Of a stretch of 64,000 bases of DNA, positions 58,351 to 64,000 are shown piece after piece. The position numbers were made by a program, and so were the translations under genes. This stretch comes from Candidatus Undinarchaeota archaeon (GTDB lineage Archaea; Undinarchaeota; Undinarchaeia; Undinarchaeales; UBA543): positions 32,001 through 96,000 of the forward strand of contig CAZWSR010000002.1 of the NCBI GenBank assembly GCA_964636545.1, written 5' to 3'. Every line of letters starts with the position of its first letter. Position 1 is the stretch's first letter. A model generated the notes under the pieces. The model saw only the letters and a list, made by a program, of their open reading frames with translations, was not told the DNA's origin and ran no database searches.

Positions 58351-59403
58351 ATGACAGAACTGTTAATGACGCCAGGACCAACACTTGTTCCACTTGAAGT
58401 TCTAAAAGCAATGGCGCAACCCGTAATTCATCACCGTACTCCTGAGTTTATTGAACTTTTCAATGAAACAACTGAACGCCTAAAGCGTGTTTTCAAGACC
58501 CAAAACGACACTTTCATCATAGCTGGCTCTGGAACCGCCTGCATGGAAGCTGCAATCTGCAACACAATTCAAAAAGGCGACAAAGTTCTTTCACTTGTCT
58601 CTGGAAAATTCTCAGAACGCCTATCTGAAATTGCAAAAACATACGGTGCAGAAGTCACAATCATAGAAGCAGATTGGGGAACTGCAATTGACACTGAATT
58701 AGTTAAAAAAGCACTCACTTCAGACACAAAACTTCTCACAATGGTTTTCAATGAAACCTCAACTGGAGTTCGCAACAACATCCAGCCAATTTCTAATCTT
58801 GTCAAAGGAACAGACACACTCTTACTCGTAGACGCAATATCTGGTCTAGCAGGAGATGAATTTGAAACAGACAAATGGGGGGTTGACCTATGCATTTCTG
58901 GTTCTCAAAAATGCTTTGCAGCTGCTACTAGTCTTGGTTTCATCACAGTTTCACAAAAAGCATGGAACATTATTGAAAATAACCCAACTCCTCGCTACTA
59001 CCTTGACCTTCGAAAATATAAAGGTGCAAAACCAACTCCTTTCTCAACTCCAGTAACTTCTATTTACGGACTAAAAACAGCATTAGATTTAATTGCAGCT
59101 GAAAAACTAGAAAACAGAATCAAGCGCCATGCTGAAATCGCAAAACTCTGCCGAGACGGTGTCAAAAAACTTGGCTTTGAACTCTTCCCAGAGTCAGAAG
59201 AAATTTGTTCAAACACTCTCACAGCAGTAAAATCAGAAAAAGCAGCTGAAATCATAAAAAAACTTCTTGAAAAACACAATATCAGAATCGCAGGAGCTCA
59301 AGCACACATGAAAGGAAAAATGTTCAGAATCGGCCACATGGGTGCAATCACAAAAGAGCATGTTGAGAAAACATTAGCAGCATTAGAGGATATTCTACAA
59401 TGA
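58351..59403 (+). CDS. class V aminotransferase (serine-pyruvate / archaeal phosphoserine aminotransferase)
   Basis: MTPGPT, HHRT, NETSTG, VDAIS, SGSQK (PLP Lys), FRIGHMG. Confidence 0.9.
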   Translation: MTELLMTPGPTLVPLEVLKAMAQPVIHHRTPEFIELFNETTERLKRVFKTQNDTFIIAGSGTACMEAAICNTIQKGDKVLSLVSGKFSERLSEIAKTYGAEVTIIEADWGTAIDTELVKKALTSDTKLLTMVFNETSTGVRNNIQPISNLVKGTDTLLLVDAISGLAGDEFETDKWGVDLCISGSQKCFAAATSLGFITVSQKAWNIIENNPTPRYYLDLRKYKGAKPTPFSTPVTSIYGLKTALDLIAAEKLENRIKRHAEIAKLCRDGVKKLGFELFPESEEICSNTLTAVKSEKAAEIIKKLLEKHNIRIAGAQAHMKGKMFRIGHMGAITKEHVEKTLAALEDILQ

Positions 59404-59434
59404 GCCAAACTAACCAATTTCAATTGAATTGTTT

Positions 59435-59501
59435 AAGCCCCTTCGCGAACGAAGTGAGTGAATGGGGCTTCATGCAGTGCGCACTGCACTCCGGAGTGCC
59501 A
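59435..59501. repeat. REP-like hairpin with GAACGAAGTGA tip plus adjacent palindromes
   Basis: AAGCCCC TTCGC GAACGAAGTGA GTGAA T GGGGCTT; TGCAGTGCGCACTGCA; GCACTCCGGAGTGC. Confidence 0.6.
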
Positions 59502-59548
59502 CTCAAGAACCAATTCATAAATTTAACCAATGGAGGTATCAGCGGAGA

Positions 59549-60454
59549 ATGAAAATAGCAGCAACTGACCCAATCAGTGACACTTGCAAAACAGAATTGC
59601 AGAAAATCTGTGAATTCTCTGACCTATCTGAAGTTCCAAAAGAAGAACTTCCAGCAAAACTTTCTGATTTTGAAGCAATCATAGTCCGCTCAAAAACAAA
59701 AGTAACAAAAGAGCTTATTGATTCTGCTCCAAACCTAAAAGCAGTAATACGCGGCGGTGTTGGCATTGACAACATAGATTCTGAATACTGCAAATCAAAA
59801 AACATTCAAGTTCACAACACACCAAACGCACCATCTCGCGCAGTTGCAGAACTATCAGTTACTCACATGCTTTCAATGCTTCGCAATGTACCACGAGCTG
59901 ATGCAACAACAAAAGCTGGTGAATGGCTTAAAAAAGAATTGAAAGGTCGCGAACTAACTGGAAAAACCGTTGGAATAATCGGCTTTGGCAGAATCGGCTA
60001 TGAAGTTGGCAGGATTCTCAATGCATTTAATTGCGAAATCCTAATTGTAGATCCATATGCAGAATCAAATCTTATTTCTGAAGTAAATGGTCTCAAAGTA
60101 GAACTTGACGAACTTTTGGAAAAGTCTGACATACTCACAATCCATGTCCCACTTCTTGATTCCACAAAAGGAATGCTTGGTGCAGAACAATTCAAGCAAA
60201 TGAAGAATGGTGTTCTTATTGTAAACGATGCACGTGGTCCAATTGTTGAAGAACAAGCACTATGCGATGCCTTATCTTCAGGAAAAGTTGCAATGGCGGC
60301 ATTAGATGTTTATTGGGAAAAAACTCCAGAAGGCTCTTGCATTCTTGAACACAAGGACAAATTAGTTTTAACTCCGCATATTGGGAGTGCAACTTACGAA
60401 GCGCAAGACAGGATTGGTAGTGAAATTGTAGAATTAGTTAAGAATCTTTCTTAA
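59549..60454 (+). CDS. serA: D-3-phosphoglycerate dehydrogenase (no ACT domain)
   Basis: RGGVGIDNID, GIIGFGRIG, NDARG, ALDV, TPHIG; ATG 59549. Confidence 0.85.
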   Translation: MKIAATDPISDTCKTELQKICEFSDLSEVPKEELPAKLSDFEAIIVRSKTKVTKELIDSAPNLKAVIRGGVGIDNIDSEYCKSKNIQVHNTPNAPSRAVAELSVTHMLSMLRNVPRADATTKAGEWLKKELKGRELTGKTVGIIGFGRIGYEVGRILNAFNCEILIVDPYAESNLISEVNGLKVELDELLEKSDILTIHVPLLDSTKGMLGAEQFKQMKNGVLIVNDARGPIVEEQALCDALSSGKVAMAALDVYWEKTPEGSCILEHKDKLVLTPHIGSATYEAQDRIGSEIVELVKNLS

Positions 60455-61312
60455 CTATCTCCTCTTCTCTCTCCATCTTAACTTATCTCTATAATCTTTC
60501 CAATCTTCCCACCACTCATTAGTTTTATTATCTATGTATATTTCCCAAACTTTTTTGAAAAAAGGAGACAATTCATATATACTTGAAAATGATCCCACAC
60601 CACCATGTCCTTTTTTCTTTCGTTTAATATACGCTGGTTTCCCATCATATTCTTTATCTAAGTGACCATTTCCAATTGCCGTCTTAACTGTAGCTTCTGC
60701 TCGGTTTCCCTCTACACCAAGACCTTTTGCTAATTCTTTAACTGACAATTCTGGCCCATATTCTGCCAAATAATAAATAATCTTGAAAAAATTTGATGCA
60801 TTTCTTATATCTCCTTTATAAAAACAATCAAAACATTCCAATAGCAATCGCACAACCAACTTAATTTCTCCATTTTCCTTTTTTGGAACAATTAATTCAT
60901 ATCTTCTTGCACTTGTTTTTCGCATATGTCCTTTTTTCTTTATTTCAATTTTGAAATATCTCCTACCCATTGCATCCAAACTATTCAAACTAAATTTCTT
61001 CCTTCCTTCCACACTATGAAAAACTCTATCTCGTAATTGTTGAGCCGTTACTGCTACATTAATTTTCTTTTTTTCATTGTCTGGATAATACATTTCTCTC
61101 ATTAAACCATCTTTTTCAGCTAGAACAAATTCCTTTACAGTCATTGCAAATGGCATTTCTTCCATATACTCTTCAATTTTCTTAATCCGTTGAATGGTTT
61201 TACCATACGATGTTTTTTCTTTTACCCTTTTCCTACTTTTTCCAATATCTGCCAGTTCCTCAGCTGAAAGGTCTACATTATCCCATGTTTGTTCTAGTTT
61301 TTTTCTTATCAT
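60455..61312 (-). CDS. ORFan family paralog 3 (C-terminal wHTH-like)
   Basis: PFA.T..E...AE..G, LSVKELAK, FFK.VWEI, W.DWK shared with neighbours. Confidence 0.7.
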   Translation of the reverse strand: MIRKKLEQTWDNVDLSAEELADIGKSRKRVKEKTSYGKTIQRIKKIEEYMEEMPFAMTVKEFVLAEKDGLMREMYYPDNEKKKINVAVTAQQLRDRVFHSVEGRKKFSLNSLDAMGRRYFKIEIKKKGHMRKTSARRYELIVPKKENGEIKLVVRLLLECFDCFYKGDIRNASNFFKIIYYLAEYGPELSVKELAKGLGVEGNRAEATVKTAIGNGHLDKEYDGKPAYIKRKKKGHGGVGSFSSIYELSPFFKKVWEIYIDNKTNEWWEDWKDYRDKLRWREKRR

Positions 61313-62197
61313 CTATCTCCTTTTCAAACCCCACTCCAACTGAGCTCTTATCTCTTTTTTCTTCCAATCGTCCCACAACTCAATTGTATCTTCATCAATT
61401 GCAATTTCCCACACTTCTTTAAAGAATTTTGTTAAAGTATAAATCTCTAATGGGTTTTCTCGTTTATTTTTTCGTTTTCCTTTTTTCCTTTTTACAAGAG
61501 CAGGCCGTTCATTTATTCTTTTCAATAAGTTTTCCCTTTCAATCGCGTCTGGAATCGACCTATCACTATTTCGTGTTTTTTCATCTTCTTTGTAAATTTT
61601 ATTAACAAGTTCTTTTGCTGTAAGCCATTTTTCTCCTGCAGTTGCCAATTCTTGTAATATTTTGAATGACAGTTTTGCATTATCTATTCGCCTCTTCAAA
61701 AAAATATCAACATACTCTAGTATCATTCGCACAGCAATTTTTTTATGCCCCTCTTCCCCAGGCACAGTTGTTAAATATTTTGTTCCATGTTTTTGACGTA
61801 ATCTAAAATATCCCCAAGCAACATCATCTAATTCAATTCTTGCTATATCTTCTCCAGCTGCATCTGTGTTATTTACAAGTGCCTCTAATTTAACACTAGT
61901 TTGCCAATCTTTTTTCTCTTCTTTGCCTTTACTTTTTGCTCGATACTCTTTCAAAAACCCACCCCCCTCTGCTCGTACCATTTCAAAAAAGGTTAATGCA
62001 AACGGGGTTTTGTGTAAATATTCAACCACATCTTTAATTATTTTTTTTGAATCTTCTTTTGCGTGTTCTCTTCTCTTCTCAGATATATATGAATTAATCT
62101 TCTTTGCTTCTGCAAAATCAACTTTCTTCCAATGAGGTATCTCTGGTTTAGTTGCATTTTCTTTTTGTCTCTTTTTCAGTTTCTTTTTCCATTCCAT
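61313..62197 (-). CDS. ORFan family paralog 2
   Basis: HKKIAVRM.LEYVDIFLKRRI, LTAKEL, EDTIELWDDWKKK. Confidence 0.7.
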   Translation of the reverse strand: MEWKKKLKKRQKENATKPEIPHWKKVDFAEAKKINSYISEKRREHAKEDSKKIIKDVVEYLHKTPFALTFFEMVRAEGGGFLKEYRAKSKGKEEKKDWQTSVKLEALVNNTDAAGEDIARIELDDVAWGYFRLRQKHGTKYLTTVPGEEGHKKIAVRMILEYVDIFLKRRIDNAKLSFKILQELATAGEKWLTAKELVNKIYKEDEKTRNSDRSIPDAIERENLLKRINERPALVKRKKGKRKNKRENPLEIYTLTKFFKEVWEIAIDEDTIELWDDWKKKEIRAQLEWGLKRR

Positions 62198-62211
62198 TTT
62201 AACAATCTTCC

Positions 62212-62997
62212 TTACTTTCTTTTAGCTCTCCATTGAATTCCAGCCCTAATTCCTTTTTTCTTCCAATCGTCCCACAACTCAATTGTATCTTCATTTGTTG
62301 CAATTTCCCATGCTTCTTTAAAGAACTTTTCTAACACAAAACCATTTGCTATACGCCCCCTCTGCCCTTTCTTTTTTATTCCCTTCACAGTTTTCACAAG
62401 CCGTGGTCGTGTTTTAATTTTTTCCAGCATGTTCGTCATTTTGAAGGTTCTTCCAATCTGTTTCTGGCCATCCACCTCTTTATTCTCTCCTTCAATGTTT
62501 TTGTAGATTTTCTCAGCAATTTCTTTAGCAGTAAGTTGTTTTTCTGCATTTGCTAATACTTGTAATATTTTGAATGACATCTTAGCATCGTAAATTCGCC
62601 TCTTCAAAAAAATATCAACATACTCTAACATCATTCGCACAGCAATTTTTTTATGCCTATCTTTCCCAGGTACTGTGATAAACAATTGTTTTACTTTACT
62701 TTTCATGTTTCCTGGATATAGTCGAAAATATGCTTCACCTGCGTCAATCATTTGAACTTTACTAATCATTTTTTCTGTGTCTTCTCTTTTGTATATGAGG
62801 TTCCACAACTTTCCACCAGTTTGCAAATCTTTTTTCTCTTCAGGACCTTTACTTTTTGCCCGATACTCTTTCAAAAAACCATTTTTCTCTGCTTTTACAA
62901 CCTCAAAAATCGTTACTGCAAACGGATTCTCCTGTAAATATTCACCCAAACGCCCCATTATCTTTTTTGAATCTTCTGTAAGCCCTTTTCTATTCAT
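62212..62997 (-). CDS. ORFan family paralog 1
   Basis: Near-identical blocks with 61313-62197. Confidence 0.7.
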   Translation of the reverse strand: MNRKGLTEDSKKIMGRLGEYLQENPFAVTIFEVVKAEKNGFLKEYRAKSKGPEEKKDLQTGGKLWNLIYKREDTEKMISKVQMIDAGEAYFRLYPGNMKSKVKQLFITVPGKDRHKKIAVRMMLEYVDIFLKRRIYDAKMSFKILQVLANAEKQLTAKEIAEKIYKNIEGENKEVDGQKQIGRTFKMTNMLEKIKTRPRLVKTVKGIKKKGQRGRIANGFVLEKFFKEAWEIATNEDTIELWDDWKKKGIRAGIQWRAKRK

Positions 62998-63079
62998 ATG
63001 TTTCTTTTGTGAACAGACATTAATAAGGCTTTCTCCAATACAAGCAATTTATTTAAACTACAATAAACATCACTTTGTT

Positions 63080-63802
63080 ATGCCACGACTATCAACAACG
63101 CCCCACATACCGTTTCACGGGCGCTCCAGAGAAGACCAGGAGCAGACAATAATCATACGCAGACTTAAATCAACTTATGAAGCAGTTTTAAAGCTGTTGG
63201 GTGTGGCAATCAAGAAAATAACTGTAAAATTCAAAGCCATAAAATCAGTTAATGATGCTAAAAACCTTCTTGATTTCTGCACATTACAGAAAGATAGTCT
63301 TCTCAGCCTTATTGCAACTGAACAGCTCAATCTAGTTGGCTATGCTGGCGACGAGTATTATGAAGTTCGAAAAACAATTGAAGTTTATTTGCACAATTTT
63401 AATAACCGCCTAGCCAAATTGCAAGCATACGAAACTGCAGTTTCCAAGAAAAAGAGAGAACTCGAATTAATACCAGTTCAGAAAAAATCTGATGTCAAAC
63501 TTACTGAAGAGATGTACCTCTATCTAGAAAATTCCTTCGAGTGTGTAAAATTTGATGCTTTGTCAATTAATGCAAAAGTTGAACGTTTGGACGGGCTTCT
63601 GCTTTTTTCTAAAGAATCTCTCAAATCTCTGGACGAATTACTTAAACAAGAGTTAAGAAAAGATCAAAAACACGATTTGTCTGCCCTCAAAAGAAACTTT
63701 GTTTCCATCCAAAATGACATAATAGATACACGAGAAGAGTATGTTGGAGTTGATAAGAATGTCCGGAAGACTTATCATAAAAATTTCATCCCCCCTTTCT
63801 GA
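63080..63802 (+). CDS. helical/coiled-coil hypothetical protein
   Basis: ATG 63080 about 25 bp after TTTAAA; upstream part of the 62777 ORF is a shadow frame. Confidence 0.55.
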   Translation: MPRLSTTPHIPFHGRSREDQEQTIIIRRLKSTYEAVLKLLGVAIKKITVKFKAIKSVNDAKNLLDFCTLQKDSLLSLIATEQLNLVGYAGDEYYEVRKTIEVYLHNFNNRLAKLQAYETAVSKKKRELELIPVQKKSDVKLTEEMYLYLENSFECVKFDALSINAKVERLDGLLLFSKESLKSLDELLKQELRKDQKHDLSALKRNFVSIQNDIIDTREEYVGVDKNVRKTYHKNFIPPF

Positions 63803-64000
63803 ACGCCGAGACATGCTCCGTTCCATAAAAGACAAAATAAAACTTCAGAAGTCTGTTATTTTAAAAACAACCAATAACTTGAATTATTTTTATAATGCAG
63901 CTAAGAAGCATGTTGATTTAAAACACACCATGCTTTATATTGATATAGAGCTTGTTGAAGGTGAATTCTCTCGTTTCTTGATCCTTCTTGATAATTTTAA

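Noticed and set aside
62777-63079. N-terminal 101 aa of the 341-aa ORF
   Set aside because: Antisense overlap with the paralog 62212-62997; a promoter and ATG lie at about 63050-63080.

Overview
Archaeal chromosomal segment. A DPANN-type affiliation is inferred from gene content and TATA-type promoters. It encodes core replication/repair genes (radA, rpa, scpB, hel308, cdc6/orc1, PolD DP1+DP2, hef), rqc2, serS with a serA/class-V aminotransferase pair, a glycosylation cluster, three tRNAs (Leu-TAG, Thr-CGT, Gly-CCC) and many ORFans. A likely oriC (ORB boxes, AT-rich DUE, strand-composition switch) lies at ~27.7-28.5 kb upstream of cdc6. The most striking unexplained feature is a 3.7-kb locus (50347-54027) bounded by perfect 19-bp inverted repeats. 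It carries oppositely oriented CTCACAAA arrays and several other operator-like motif families around three winged-helix genes, one with a Noc-like N-terminal amphipathic helix. It shares two exact 21-22-bp elements with oriC and one palindrome with the rpa/scpB promoter, so it is a candidate undescribed chromosome-organisation/cell-cycle control hub. Other items: a promoter-equipped cloverleaf ncRNA candidate (7047-7158), heptamer-periodic hairpins, an amber-interrupted GNAT gene, and ORFan paralog/internal-repeat families. All calls are by eye; no database searches were run.
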